Positions 19,206-34,943 are shown, counted from the first letter of the stretch. The stretch: 64,000 nt of DNA from the human T2T-CHM13v2.0 reference genome, Homo sapiens (GCF_009914755.1 NC_060930.1), one strand, 5' to 3'. A program made the numbers and translations. Notes: a model not told the origin generated them from the sequence alone.

Positions 19206-19834
19206 GTAAACTCTCCAAGGGCTGGTCTATTGGAATAGGGTATCCTTCTAATCTCAAGAATATATGTAATGTATATGGCCACAGTTAGAAATATCTTCAG
19301 GGGTTCTGACACCAGTATTGACAAAAGAGATGGATTTGATACTTGGTTCCTCGAGTTCAGCTTTGTGGCTATTGTTAATAAGATGCACATGAAGCTATTT
19401 CTTCTTCATAGATGAACAAGGTCTAGGACTACTGAACCACCAAAATTAATGCTTCTGCCAAGAAATATATACATTTAAAATTCTGTGGCTTAGCACCACT
19501 TATTTTGTAATGTTAATATAAGCAATAATTTGAATAAACACTGCTGGATTTTATACAATGGGCCAAGATGTAAGTGACAAAAAGAAATGTAAGGTATACT
19601 ACTTTACTGTTCATGTTGTACACTTGGGCTACAGACAAGCACATCGAAGGTTAAATAACAATATCTATTTTATACAACAATGTGCAACAAAAATATTGTA
19701 CCATTAATTGATAAATGAGTTGGATTCTGAAAAATTTAGAAGCCAGAAAGAAGCAGAGGATTCTAATTAATGCGGGGACTGAAAAATGAAAATTTCTTGG
19801 AAAAAGAAGAGCAACTGAAAGTGATCCTGCCTTT

Positions 19835-20390
19835 TACAGAGTGAAATGGGAAGTCATTGAAGGGTTCTGAGCAGAAGAGTGAAATGATTTAACATACATT
19901 CTAATAGGATCACAGTGACTGCTTTGATAAGATTAGGCTGAAAAAGGACAAGAACCTGTGCAGGAAGACCAGCTAGTGGGCCATAACAAACCAGCAAAAG
20001 ATGATGGTAGCTTGAATCACACTGGTAAATTCGACTGTAGTCATGTTTTGAAGAGAGTGTAGGCAAAATTTGCTTATTAACTCTGACATGGGATATGAGA
20101 CACCAAAAATGATTCCAAGGTTTTGCCTTGTCCAACCAGAAACAGGGAGTGGCTCTATCTTGATAAGGGGAAGACTCCAAGAACGGACATTTTGGAGAAG
20201 ATTAGGAGTGTATTTTAGGACATGTTAAGTCTGAGATGTGTATTAGACATCTAGTAGATGAATATATGACTAGAAGTCTGAGACAAGAGGTGTAATTTTG
20301 AGAATGGTCAGTTTAGAGATAGTATTTAAAAGGATAAAAGGCTAGAGAAAAATCACCTGGGGAGAAAAGATAAAAGGAAGGAAGAGAAGG
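19835..20390 (-). mobile_element. L2 fragment
   Basis: GGGAAGTCATTGAAGGGTTCTGAGCAG..., GGACATGTTAAGTCTGAGATG...TTAGACATC are antisense L2 hallmarks. Confidence 0.85.
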
Positions 20391-20449
20391 AAAGTGAATC
20401 AGCTACAAATATTTTACTATGATTGGAAGTTGAAGTGTGTACACAACAC

Positions 20450-22908
<2,459 letters not shown>

Positions 22909-22917
22909 GAAAAACCA

Positions 22918-23260
22918 GGAAACACCAGCATCTGGAGGTATCTACAGGAAGGCAGAAAGAGGATGTGAAGGGGGTTCAGATGGAGTTTGTCACAATGAGA
23001 TTTTTGAGAGCACAGAATTTCCAGAAAAAAAGGATGATCCACAATGTTCAGTGCTTCATAAAGACCAGGAGGCTGTGGCCCACATAATGTCGGTTCAATT
23101 TGGCCTTTAAGAAATCTCAGCTATATCAGTGGGGTGGTGGGAGTGATAGAAAAGTTGCAAGGTTTTAAAAAATATATAGATACCAAAGAAAGTATGGGTA
23201 TAAAGTGTACACAAATACTTTGAGACATAAAAATGAGAAAGGGAAGCTAGGGTGAAGTGA
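22918..23260 (-). mobile_element. L2 continuation
   Basis: GGAAACACCAGCAT..., AATTTCCAGAAAAAAAGGATGATCCACAATGTTCAGTGCT colinear with the antisense L2 upstream of the L1PA. Confidence 0.55.
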
Positions 23261-25775
23261 GGGGATCAAAAGAGAAGGAAGAGTGTCGGCTCCTCTGCTG
23301 CATTTATACATCACCTTTGTCTGAATAAAGATAGGCTATTTATATTAACAGAGGGTTTAACTCACACACATGCCAGTCAGTGAAGATCTGTTCCAGGGCC
23401 TGCCAGGTTCACTCCCAATCCTGTGAGTCAGATGACTTTCAATTATGTGCTGCTACAATTATGGGAGAAAAAAGAAGAGAGAAATGTATAGCAATATTTT
23501 CCAAATATATACAAGAACACCCTTCAATTTGCCCAAAACTCTACCCATCAGCAAATTTTTATCAAGCATCTCTATGAGCTACGTTCCATGCTAAGCACTA
23601 TTTTTCAAGTTAGCAACAGGATGTTTTTGCTGAAGTACTGAGTCCCAAATGTATCATGATTGCAATTCTCTTTCCTACATCTATTGTTCTGTTCTCTTTT
23701 ATTGTTTTGGTAAGTAGTTAGGAGCAAGAAAAGATGTGCTAGAGAAAACGGAGTCCTATGTATCTGCATGAATGTATATGCATTGTGACCTCAACACGGC
23801 TCTGTCCTGGGGACATGTGTTAAGACGGCATTACAAATAAGGCTATGGTGTTTCTGGTTGATCAGTAATTAAGCCTTCTGCTACAAGAATCAAAATGAAT
23901 CTATTCATGATCATTCCCACACTCATAGCCAGGTCTAGGGTTTCTGTCCTGTGCTGTAAAAGACTTTGGTATACTAATTTGTGTGTGGATAACAAGGCAG
24001 AAATGAAGAGTTCTCTTCTTATCAAGTTTTATCACATGCAAACATGTTATGGAAACTTGGAAGAAGTTGCCTCACTTTTTGAGACCTTGTTTTCTTCACA
24101 ACACTTTACTTAGTATTTTACTTCTATTAGGCTGTATTTATCCATTCCTGATTATAGTTTACTTCAAAATTATAAATTAGTAGGTGTTCCCTTTCATCAG
24201 TCTATGAACTGTTCCTAGGAAGCTTTTATTCAAAGAAAATCTTTTCCTTCAGAAATTATATTAAAGCAGCAGCAGTACTTTGGCAGGAAAAAAATAATCT
24301 AGTATCACAATGGAATATTTGGAGACAACTGTAATAATGTTTTAACCTCAGAACTTTCAACAAATTTTATAGATATTTTATAGTAGAAATAATAAAGGCA
24401 TTGATGCATTGATCCTGTAAATTAGACCAAGTGCATGTGGCATTGTTTTGGCACAGAAAGCTGTGTGGTTTCCTCTATCAACTAGCGTGAAAAATGAAGA
24501 AAAGGTATACAAAAGGAAGTCGAGCTGCTCAGGGCCATGCTGATAGTTTACTATTGCTGTTCCTTGGATCCTTTAAATCGTTTCTATAACAGATAGTTTT
24601 GAACTCTTATTTTTAGCATTAGCTGCCAAATTCTGCAAGCCCTATAATGTTCTGCTCCCTAATTAGTTTGGAAGCTTGTAATTGTTTAAGTTTAAGCCAG
24701 CCTCTAAAGTCTGCCAACTCATTTGAGCAGGATTGAGCAAAAAAAGTTGAAGAAATGGCTACATATTATTACTTGCTCATTTATTTAATTTTGTCTTTTG
24801 ATCAAATCATATAACTCTAATACCCCCCAAAACATTCACAGCACAGAAGGGGCTTCTTTTAAAACAGCTAGGAGCTGGCTTTACTTCTTTGGACACAGCG
24901 ATTTCATGTCTGAGCGATCCTGTTGATGTTTAGAAATTGAGCAGAGACTCCCTGGCATGACCAAGGGACATCAAAATACTTTGGATAAAATCTGTAAGGT
25001 CCATGATTTTTAAAATGTATCATAAGAAAGCCATTATATGTTATTAACGGGATTTGGCATGCGAGCAGCTCTACTTGCAGTTTGGGAGCATTTTTGTATG
25101 TGTTTAACAGAAATCTGGGAAAGTAAGAAGTATGTGTGCACCAGAACAGTTAGCACTGTGTTCAGAATTTGTCAGTGTGCTCAAGAGTTTATTAGGTAAT
25201 AAGATCCTACGCACGTTTCCACTTGCAATATGAAAAATGTCGGGACTGATCACGTTTCATTAATTGTCTGTGTGCATTCTCTGTATAATGTGGCTGTTTG
25301 ACTGTTGTTTCCCCTACTCTAATCAGTTGTTTTTACTATGAGTACAAAGAGGGAGGATGTATTCAAGACCACTGAAGAATCACATAGGAAATGGCTTATA
25401 TTGGCTACAGCTACCACTTCCTGAAGGAATCATGATGCTGTTTATTTCTGAAAGTTTTTTCACCAGCTCCACCTGAATGCATGTATTTAGAGATTTTATA
25501 TGATTTTACAGCAAAGTGCTCAACATTTTATTGCATCATCACAATTTCTACTTTTCTCTGTAGCAGCTATCTGTCACATGGGTGCTTTTGGGAAGATACA
25601 AAAGTAGGTTCCAAATGATTCTGTGCTGGACAGAGGATTATGTGCTTTTGTCAAGTTCTTCTCATTCTTTTACCGAAAAGTATTGACTATAAATTTAGGA
25701 ACTATATTTCCTTACAAGGATTATGTAAACTTTAACCTTTCGTAGTTATTATTGCTTGCTGCAAAGTAAGGACCA

Positions 25776-25794
25776 ACACACACACACACACACA
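25776..25794. repeat. (AC)9 microsatellite
   Basis: Directly visible. Confidence 0.9.
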
Positions 25795-26869
25795 ACTTTG
25801 CAAGGTGTTTGTTGATTGCTTCATAATCATCACTTGCAAGCTGTGTTTCAGCAGCTAACAAGCAGACAGACCTTATTACATGAGATGATATTTTCAACCA
25901 AAATATGATTTCAACCAAAAAATAGACTTAGTGAGACTTATCTCACCATCTAAAACATTTCTTTTGATGAAAAGCATTCTTAATTTCATCCTATTACTCC
26001 CAGATTGACTCATATACCATTCTAAATAATTTCTCCCCTAGCTGTAAAATTAGCATGTCCCCACCACTTCCAGCTCACTTAGCCATGAGTCAATCCCTCC
26101 TGCTCTGATCTGCCTTCAGCTTGTCTCCATCTTCCTGGTAAGGAGGGACTCAGATAATATTTTCACTCTCTAGGATTATCTGCCAGAGTTGAGTAGATAT
26201 ACTGCCTCTTCTATCCCATTGCCTACATTCTATGACCTCTTTTATTGCCACCTCCATGTTAAAGGACATCACCATGCAGCCACACAATCAGAAAGCCCAG
26301 AATTGACTCATGAGAGAGACTAACTCCCCTTTCCCACTTCATTTGTATGCCTCAGTTTCATCAAGATAATACCTCTTTCCAGCCTTTTTAACTCACCTTA
26401 CCTCCTCATCTCCCTTCACAATCATATGCTAAAAACCAGGCAGAGAATGGTCACAACCCAGTTGCCAGCTGAAATTTCAGAGTACAAAATCAAGGAGCCT
26501 CTTAGCTCCCTGAAATGCCCTTTGCCCCAGACACTTTGCCTCTATATCATTAAACGCATGATAATGTCTCCAGCCTGCAGGCTGGCCACATCCCCCATTG
26601 ACACTGCTAGGGCCACTCCAGACAAAAGAGGGCAGTGCTGAATTCAATAATACACATCCAAAGCGCTTTGAAATCCCCAAAGACAGATGCTTTATGAATA
26701 CCAGACACTATTATTATCTACTCTACTGCTCCCTGTCATGACAAAGTATGCCCAAAGTCTGTACCCTCACAAATGTATTTTTACTTTTTCAAGCTGTTAC
26801 CCATTAACTTCTTGCTAATATTTCTGGTTATTCTGGGCCTCTTTATTTAAACCCTTGGTTAATGTTGGC

Positions 26870-27200
26870 ACTTGTCACCCTTCTGTCTTTGCAGATGTCA
26901 CTTAGCATTCTTTACAAATTAGCAACACAATTAAGCAACACTGAATACCCATTTTGACCTTCTGTGTACTATCTCAATTTTGGATATGTTAGAATGCACC
27001 CCACCATTTAAATATCCACTTAATAAAGCATTATGTTACTCTTAAGCCTGCCCAAATCAATTTGGGTTAGATTGAAGGATAAATTATAAGAGTTTACAGA
27101 GTGTTTTGCTAAAATCTAGCTGTAGTATATCCACTCGGCTTGTCATTCTTTATCGTTCTATTCTCTTCAACTACAAACTTTATACAATGCTTCATGCTTA
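26870..27200 (-). mobile_element. Possible L3/CR1 fragment
   Basis: GTGTTTTGCTAAAATCTAGCTGTAGTATATCCAC resembles the antisense CR1 RT motif region (YLDFSKAF); highly degraded. Confidence 0.35.
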
Positions 27201-28354
27201 GATTGGAAATTAGCAATCTATGCCATGTTTCTCTCAGACTACTGTTATAATGGAATTTTGCATTAATTTGGCCCCATTCTTTTACTAAGGCTTAAAGAAC
27301 ATGACCTCAAAAGCAACAAGAAAAATAGCTTTTTAAAATATAATCCTTGATTGATCATCAAATGATTTGATACATTTTTTAAACTAATTGCTTACATACC
27401 AGCAGACCTTTCTAGGGCCCTTACTTGGGGGCAATTACAAACAGGGTCTGGTTCTTGTGTTTAATCTTTGTTTCACTGTGAATCAAAGACATTATAACAT
27501 AGGAACAGGATGCAGTCCTGCTGTTTTTTCTGACCCATTCTGCTCAGGAATAGCAGTCTCCTAACTATTCAGCTAACTTACGTTTCTTCTCCCCTCCATT
27601 GGAGCAATGCTCCCTCATACCCAGCAACACCCAAAGCACTTTGATTCAGTGAGTTAATATTTGACTCACTGAATATTTATAATATTTTTAAGAATTAATG
27701 AGTTAATATTTCTAAACAACTGAGAGGCCTGCAATGAGATGCATTGTGCCAAAATCCGCAATCATTCCACAATATCTAAACCTTTTCTTCTATCTGGTCC
27801 CTCATAAGGATCACCATTCTAAGAGCTATTTGTCCCATTATTCAAATTCTTCCTGATAGTCAAATGCCTTAAGATTCAATAGACTAATATTTTGTTCATC
27901 TACAATAGAAATCTGTGTTTCCCATATGTTACAGAACCAGATGGTTCAGGTTGGTCTTTTATTTGTCAGGCTCAATATAAAACACTGCTCTCTCTCTCAC
28001 TCTCTTTCTCTCAGGGTTTTAACAGGCCATCCAGTTTACTACCCCACAACCCCCTACTCCATGGTTTAACAACAGGCTGAACCAAGAGATGAGCAACTTC
28101 TCAGCTGCTGGCCTCCTCCCAAGGCACTCTCAGCATGGCCAGCCCCCACTTCTGTTCCTGCTGGCTTTTTATGCAGGCCCTTGATTGAGAACCAGTCCAG
28201 CTGGGCAGCCTCTTAACTCCTTTAACCCATTCATATCCAGCCCACCTCTATCAGGCCTGGCCTGCTTTCTGATCAAAGCTACTTAGTGAGGCTGTATTGA
28301 GCTCCTATGCTTACCCCCTCTTTTTTCATCAATCTGACAAAACAAAAGTGAAAA

Positions 28355-28560
28355 GAGCTAACAATTGTTGTGCACCTACTATGGCAAATGCTGAGTTAGA
28401 ACATTTTAATAGTCATCATATCATTTAAGACACAGAACAACCCAAGAAAAGGCATGATTATTACCATTACATAGAAAAATAAACTGAGGCTCAGAGATAT
28501 TGAATAGCTAGTCACACATCTAGAAAGTGGTAAAGCAGGATTGCCACTCATATATATCTT
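28355..28560 (-). mobile_element. MIR
   Basis: GCACCTACTATG...AACAACCC...AAACTGAGGCTCAGAGA...GTCACACATCTAGAAAGTGGTAAAGCAGGATT. Confidence 0.85.
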
Positions 28561-28589
28561 GATCATAGGGATCAACTAAAAGAGACTGC

Positions 28590-28770
28590 AACTTAAAGGC
28601 TAAAGAAGACACTGGAGAATATCTTGTCCAACAGCACATTGTAGATATATATATATATATATAGCATCTATGAAACAGAAAAGTTAAGTGACTTCCTCAG
28701 GGACCCACAGCTGAATGAATATGGCCTTGGAGTTAGAAGCCATATTTCAGGATCCTAGCCTAGAACTCTT
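28590..28770 (-). mobile_element. MIR3/MIRc-like fragment with internal (AT)9
   Basis: GAGAATATCTTGTCCAAC...AAGTTAAGTGACTTCCTCAGGGACCCACAGCT; AT run at 28645-28663. Confidence 0.65.
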
Positions 28771-28825
28771 ACATTGCCTCATAAGTCAAGTACATTTCAT
28801 TTTTCGTTATTATCTACTTCCTTTG

Positions 28826-29870
28826 AATTTATTTATTTTTTGTGATAAAAACACTTAACCTGAACTCTACCCTTCTAACAATTTTTTAAGTATGCAGTAC
28901 ATTATCACTGACATTGCTGTACAATGTCATAAAGCAGATCTCTAGAGCTTAACTTAAACTTTATGTCAATTGATTAGTTACTGCCCATTTCTGCCTTATT
29001 CCTGCCTCTGGCAACCACTATTCTACACTTTGATTCTATGAATTTGACTATTACAGACATCTCATATAGGCAAAATCATGTACAGCATTTGTTCTTCTCT
29101 GGCTGGCTTATTTCACTTAGCATAATATCCTCAAGGTTTATCCATGTTGTCACATATTGCAGAATTTCCTTCTTTTTTTAAGGCTGAATAATATTCTATT
29201 ATACACAAATACCACATTTTCTTTATCCATTCATCTGTCAATGAACATTTTGGTTATTTATGTATTTTGACTGTTATGAATAGTGGTTTGATGAACATAG
29301 GAGTGCTAATATATCTTCAAGATCCTGGTTTCAGTTGTTTTGAATAAATACCCAGAAGTAGATTCTTCAATTATGTGGTAGTTTTATTTATTTATTTATT
29401 TATTTTGAGGAACCTCTATACTGTTTTCCTTAGTGGCTGCATCGTTTTGCATTTCAACCAAGAGTGTGCAAAGGTTTAAATTTCTCCACATCCTCACCAA
29501 CACTTATTGTCTTTTTTTTTTTTATAAAAGCCATTCTGACAGGTGTGAAGTGATATCTCATTGTGGTTTAGTTTGCATATCCCTAATAAGTGACATGGAA
29601 CATTTTTTCATATATTTGTTGGTCATTTGTATGTCTTCTTTGGAGAAAGTCCTTAGCCCATTTTTCAACTGGGCTATTAGTTTCTTTGTTAGTTTGTTTG
29701 TTTTCTACTGAGTTGTATAAATTCCCTGTGTATTTTATGGATTAATCCTTATCAGGTATATGGCTTGCAAATATTTTCTTCCGTTCTATAGGTTGTCTTT
29801 TCATTCTGTCAGTTGTTTCCTTCCTGTGCAGAAGCTTTTTAGTTTGATGTAGTCCCACTTATTTTTGTTT
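28826..29870 (-). mobile_element. L1MA10/L1MB1-like 3' fragment
   Basis: AACACTTAAC...TCTACCCTTCTAACAATTTTTTAAG...GCAGATCTCTAGA, GGCTTATTTCACTTAGCATAAT, GCAGAAGCTTTTTAGTTTGATGTAGTCCCAC: antisense 3'UTR and ORF2 end. Confidence 0.9.
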
Positions 29871-29911
29871 TAATTTGGCTTATCTGACTCATTCATTTAC
29901 TCTACAAATAC

Positions 29912-30085
29912 GTATTTTATAACTCTTATGTATTAAGAGTTATAAAATACACTTATCTAGGTGTCTTTATCTAGGAGTTATAAAATACTAGTATACATAC
30001 ACTTATCTAGGAGTATAAAATACACTTATCTAGGAGTTATAAAATACACTTATCTAGGTGTATCTAGGCATTTATCTGGGTGTGC
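29912..30085. repeat. 17-bp inverted repeat plus 24-bp-unit minisatellite (GAGTTATAAAATACACTTATCTAG)
   Basis: Arms 29912-29928 and 29934-29950 are exact reverse complements. Unit copies start at 29937, 29975 (interrupted), 30011 and 30034. Confidence 0.93.
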
Positions 30086-30239
30086 TACTTATTAACCTAT
30101 TAACTCCCAGCTCCAGATTGACCCTTCCGCACTCTGTTGTATGCCACAATATCTTTTCATGTTAAATTATATATGTTATAAAATGGAAAGTGACATGGTT
30201 TCTATTTTCTTCACTGTCAGACCCCAGAATTTCTGCTCT

Positions 30240-30560
30240 GTGTCCAGCACCTCCCTGGGAACTAAAAATACAGAAGTAAGCAAGAGCAGATGCAGTTCCT
30301 ACCATCAGAGAACTCATAGTCTAGTCCAGGAGATAGACACTAATCAGTTAATTATAAAATGGCACTGAAATTGCAGATGGTGATAGTAATACTGAGGAAA
30401 GAGGCATCTGGTAGTGAATGCTAGGAGCATGGGCTGTGTGGTCAAGGAGGGCTTTTAAGAAGACGTGGCACCTCAGAAGAGACCTCCCACAGGAACCCCC
30501 TATGTCAACACTGTGGAGGAAAGAGGGGAAGAACCAATGCACACTGAAGGAGCTTTGTAA
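30240..30560 (-). mobile_element. L2 fragment
   Basis: AAAATACAGAAGTAAGCAAGAG...TTCCTACCATCAGAGAACTCATAGTCTAG...GTGGTCAAGGAGGGCTTT. Confidence 0.75.
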
Positions 30561-31022
30561 TAATCAGTAGGGCCATAGTCAGAAAATAGTTTGATTTCCT
30601 CTCATCTATTTTATTACAAAGGAATATTGACTTGGGCTTCACAAGTCCAAGCTATAGGAAACTTTTCAATTTAGTAAGATCATCTTTTTTCTCTGGGCTG
30701 TCTGAGCCTGATGTAGACAAGCCACGTATCAGAAATGCTTGTTTCCACTTACTTCTTGTTCCAGGATCTTATCCTTGATATGAAGTCCCTTCAGGAATCT
30801 TTAATTGTGCACTATAGGTTCTGCATTCTATTCCAGAAAGAGTTTTGATATGTGATTACATGTAATTACATGTGTTGGTTTCACTTAGATTTGTGTAAGT
30901 TAATATATTTTTTAAATTTTTTAATTATTTATTAGAACATGTACAAAATTTATTCCCTCAGATTATTTTAGGTGGAAGAAATGGTCACTTTACATGAGCA
31001 ATTAAAGTGTCCTTTTTGCATT

Positions 31023-31083
31023 TATATATATATATATTTTGCATTTATATATATATCAGTATATACATATCAGTGTACATATA

Positions 31084-31117
<34 letters not shown>

Positions 31118-31118
31118 C
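31023..31118. repeat. Compound (TA)n/(TG)n microsatellite
   Basis: Several TA runs and one TG run. Confidence 0.9.
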
Positions 31119-31522
31119 ACTAAGCAATTTGAAAGGCAATATGTAATTGAGTTTAGAATGCGACTGATAGTTTGGAGGAGGTAGAAGGAGCATACTCCTT
31201 TCTGTTTGCTTCTTTTTCGTATCTGGAAGGAAATGTTTTCTTTCTTTATTTTTTCCCCCATTTTAACCCGTTTTTACACCTTTACCACCTCCCAACTGCT
31301 CTATTGTAACAATCTTGTAACTGGCTTTCTGCCTTTAGTGTAAACCTGCACACATACACACACCTTCCATTCTGCACCAATAGTCATAGGCTTAATCTTA
31401 ATTAAACTCTAGCTTTATATTGTATTCCCCTTTGACTACAAAGTCAAGTCTTTCTACCATGGCAAAAAAAGACATGATTTTTCCTTTTTCTTTCTAAACT
31501 CGATTCTGATGGTGTTTTTAAT

Positions 31523-31673
31523 TAGTGCTTCCTAATTTGGCTGCATATTAGACTTACCTGGGAGAGGGGCACATAAAAAAATGTGTGATCTCCAGACCTC
31601 ACTCTAAACCAATTAAATCCAAAAATGAAGCTTCCACATGGTTCTAACATGCAACCAGTGTTGAGAATTACCA
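31523..31673. mobile_element. MER5A1-like hAT-Charlie MITE (internally deleted)
   Basis: TTGGCTGCATATTAGACTTACCTGGG...ACCAATTAAATC...TTCTAACATGCAACCAGTGTTGAGAATTAC. Confidence 0.75.
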
Positions 31674-32339
31674 AATGTGAGTCTGATGTGAGATTTAAAC
31701 TGGACGACTCACCGTTGTCCTTTTCCATACCCCATATGCACCTTTCTTATTTTAATATTCTAACTCACTCCTCTTGGCATGAGATTGGATGGAGGCCAGT
31801 TGTACTTAAAAGAAATCTCCTCTCTAAATATTACTTTGATTCTACTAAATTTTGTTATTAATTTTAAAAGCTAAGAACATTAAAGAGTAGTTTTCTCCTC
31901 ACTAGAAAGCATAGGTACTTCTAAATATTTTCAATACGTCTTTCCACCTTGGATATTATTCACAGTTGGGCTTGCATCCAGAGCACCATTAGACACCCAT
32001 GTTGTACTCACTGTGATAACATACCTGCTGGATGGTCCCACGACACAGGAACAGAAGTGATGTGAGCCCCTGAAAATTAGGCTTCGAAGTCTGGCTTTTC
32101 TCATTTCTGTCCCTGGAGCAGCAATAGGGCAAGTGGATACTAATGAGGATGCAAGAATGCACTCAGTCTCAGAAATGTTACAGAACACAATACAGCACTG
32201 AGCATAATGTCTAGCATGAAATTGGTAATCAATTCATATTTGCTAGAAGTATGTATAAACGGACAGAGAACCCACATTGCCTTTTTGTGTGTTATATACT
32301 ATATAGACTCTTAATCTTTATAAAATAAATCGCTGAATG

Positions 32340-32450
32340 ATGTTGAGGAAGGCCTTTAAGCTTCCGGATTTTAGTTTGCTCATCCATAAAATTAGTGGTA
32401 GTGTAAGGAGGAAAGATGAGTTCAAAAATTTCCTTCAAGCTCTAATGGTT
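32340..32450 (+). mobile_element. MIR3-like fragment
   Basis: TAGTTTGCTCATCCATAAAAT...TTCCTTCAAGCTCTAA. Confidence 0.5.
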
Positions 32451-32564
32451 TTTCGGCTTAGAAAGATTTTTGCTTAAGTTTTTTTGTATACGTCAGTGAC
32501 TATTTCACGCAAATGAAACATGCATACATTGCTTAACAAATTTGAGAATAACCTGTGACCTCTA

Positions 32565-34540
32565 AATTTAGTTAGCAGATTTATTACTGTTTACATAAAA
32601 AATCTCAATGAATCTACAAAGAAGCTACTAAAGTTAATAAGCAATTTTAGTAAGGCCACAAGATTCAAAGTTAATATTAAAAAATCAATTGTAATTCCAT
32701 ACATTAACAAAAAACAACTAGAAATTAAAATTAAATATACAATTAAAATAGCATAGCATAAGACATAAAATACATGGGCAAAAGTTTAACAAAATATTTT
32801 AAAAACCTGTTCACTGAAAATTACAAAACTTTGCCAGAAGACATTTTAAAAGACCTAAATAAGAAGAGGGATAGACTGTACTCATGGATAGGAAGATTCA
32901 ATATTGCTAAGACAGCATTTATTCTCAAATTTATTTACAAATTAAATGCAATCCAAATCAAAATCCCAGCATTTTTTGGTAGAAATTATCAAATGAGTTC
33001 CAAATATGTATGAAAATGCAAGGCCTTGGAATAGCTAAAAGAATTTTGAAAAAGAAGAACAAAGTTATTCTTATACAACCTGATTTCAAAATCTACTTGT
33101 GATGGTTTAAAAATATGCCTGCAAATTATTTGACACTTCTCCCTTCAAAAGGTAAAGGCTAATTCCTCTCCAATTGGTTGTAGGTAATATGAAGTTGCTA
33201 ACTTCTATAATTATAATCTGTTGGAAGTAGTGGAGTGACTTCTGAGGCCAAATTATAAAAGGCATTGATGCTTCTTCCTTGCCCTTTCTTTGATCACTCA
33301 CTGTTGGGGAACAGAGTCTGGGGAAAGAGAGCCAGCATACATGTCATGACAAAACTCCAGGAGCCCTGTGGAGAGTCCCATGCAGCAAAAGAAACAATCT
33401 TTCCAGGACTGACTAGCCAGCAAAGTGAGTGAGCAACCTTGGAAGTGAACCCTGAAACCTCAGTTAAGTCTTCAGATGATTCTAGGCTCCCACCCTTTGA
33501 GTCTTTCAACTGAGACACCAGATATTGCAAAATAGAGGTAAAGCACCCCTGTATGTTCTGTCACAATTTCTGATCCACAGAAACTCTGAGCTAATACATG
33601 GTTATTATTGTTTTAAGTCGCTAAATTTTGGAATAATTAGTTACGCAGCAACAGGAAAATAGTATGGACTTTATTGGATTATAGTAATCAGAATGGTGTT
33701 AAGTTGGTATGAGGATGGACATACAGGTCAATACAGTATAGAAACAGTCAGATGTTGGTCATTTCCTTCACAACAAATGTAAGTGGGACAAAGACATTTT
33801 TTCAGTAAATGGTGCTGCAATGTTAGGTATCCATTTGCAAAAAACAAACAAACAAACAAACAAACAAAACCCCAAAAACTGGAAAAAAAAGAGACAAAAA
33901 ATAAACTTTGGTATTTACTTAATATCATATACAAAAATGAACTTGAAATGATCATAGACATTAACATAAAAACTAGAGCTGTAAAACTCTAGGGCTAGAA
34001 ACTTTATAGGAGAAAATATTTATGACTTCCATTTAATCAGATATTTTTTCAAAAAGTACACAAAGATCAGAAATATTAACAGAAAAAAATTGATAATTAC
34101 AATTTTTCAAAATTTAATACTCTTATATTTGAAAGAATACTGTTATGAAAATGAAAAGATGTGCTACAAACTGGGAGATACCTTTTGCAAAACATATATC
34201 TGTTAAAAGACTTGCATCCAGAATATACAAAGAGCTCTTCCACTCAATAACTGACCTAATAAGAATATAGTCAAAAGATTTGAATAGACATTTCACTAAG
34301 AAAGATATGTGCCTGGTAAATAAGCACAAGAAAATAAGCTCAATATTATCAGTCATCAGAGAAATAAGTTAAAACCACAATGTGCTAATATTTTGCTTTC
34401 ACTAGAGTGGGTAAAATTAAAAATATTTAAAATGCTAAATATAGGCAAATATTTGGAGCAACCAGAACTTTCATACCTAGCTGATAGGAACTGAAATCAA
34501 AATGGCACATCCTCTTTGGAAAAACCTTTGGCAGGTTTTT
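32565..34540 (+). mobile_element. Old L1M (L1MC/ME-class) ORF2 fragment, split by an MLT1 LTR
   Basis: Translates to degraded ORF2 (ENYKTL..DILKDLNK..SWIGRFNIAK..KFIYKLNAIQIKIP). ...CCTGATTTCAAAATCTACT resumes as ATAGTAATCAG after the LTR. Confidence 0.85.
33098..33665 (+). mobile_element. MLT1F/MLT1G-type solo LTR (ERVL-MaLR)
   Basis: TGTGATGGTTTAAAAATATG...CTCCCTTCAAAAGG start; end TTGTTTTAAGTCGCTAAATTTTGGAATAATTAGTTACGCAGCAA. Confidence 0.88.
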
Positions 34541-34559
34541 ACTTGTTGTTAAAGAAGTT

Positions 34560-34940
34560 CAAAATAGGCAGCAAATGAAATACCTTATTTTATCCATTAA
34601 TCTGGTAAAAGTTTAAAATGTCAATATACACTACAGTTGGCCAGTGTCTGGGTTAAAACATCTTCTTGTGAACTGTTGGAAGATGTCTATTGGTAAAACA
34701 TTATATGGAGTATAATTAAGGTCGTATCTACTAAAATCAAAAGGTACCAACAGTAAATCCAGCTATCTGTTGGAATTTGGTCTGTGCATGTAATGTCAAA
34801 TGTGTGCTGAGTACAGCAATGCTTGCTATAAGACAAACAGTCAATCAAACCGTCATATTAAAACAGCTTGTATATAAGTCAGTAGGTGGAATGTTCTGTC
34901 AATTACAGTTACATAGTTTTCAAAAGAAAGATGTTGACGT
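34560..34940 (+). mobile_element. L1ME-like 3' fragment
   Basis: AATGAAATACCTTATTTTATCCATTAATCTGGTAAAAGTTTAAA...ATTGGTAAAACATTATATGGAG: very degraded ORF2 end. Confidence 0.5.
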
Positions 34941-34943
34941 GTA

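Noticed and set aside
29912-30085. CRISPR-like repeat array
   Set aside because: Units are abutting or separated by self-derived sequence, with no unique constant-length spacers and no cas genes; the context is primate DNA.
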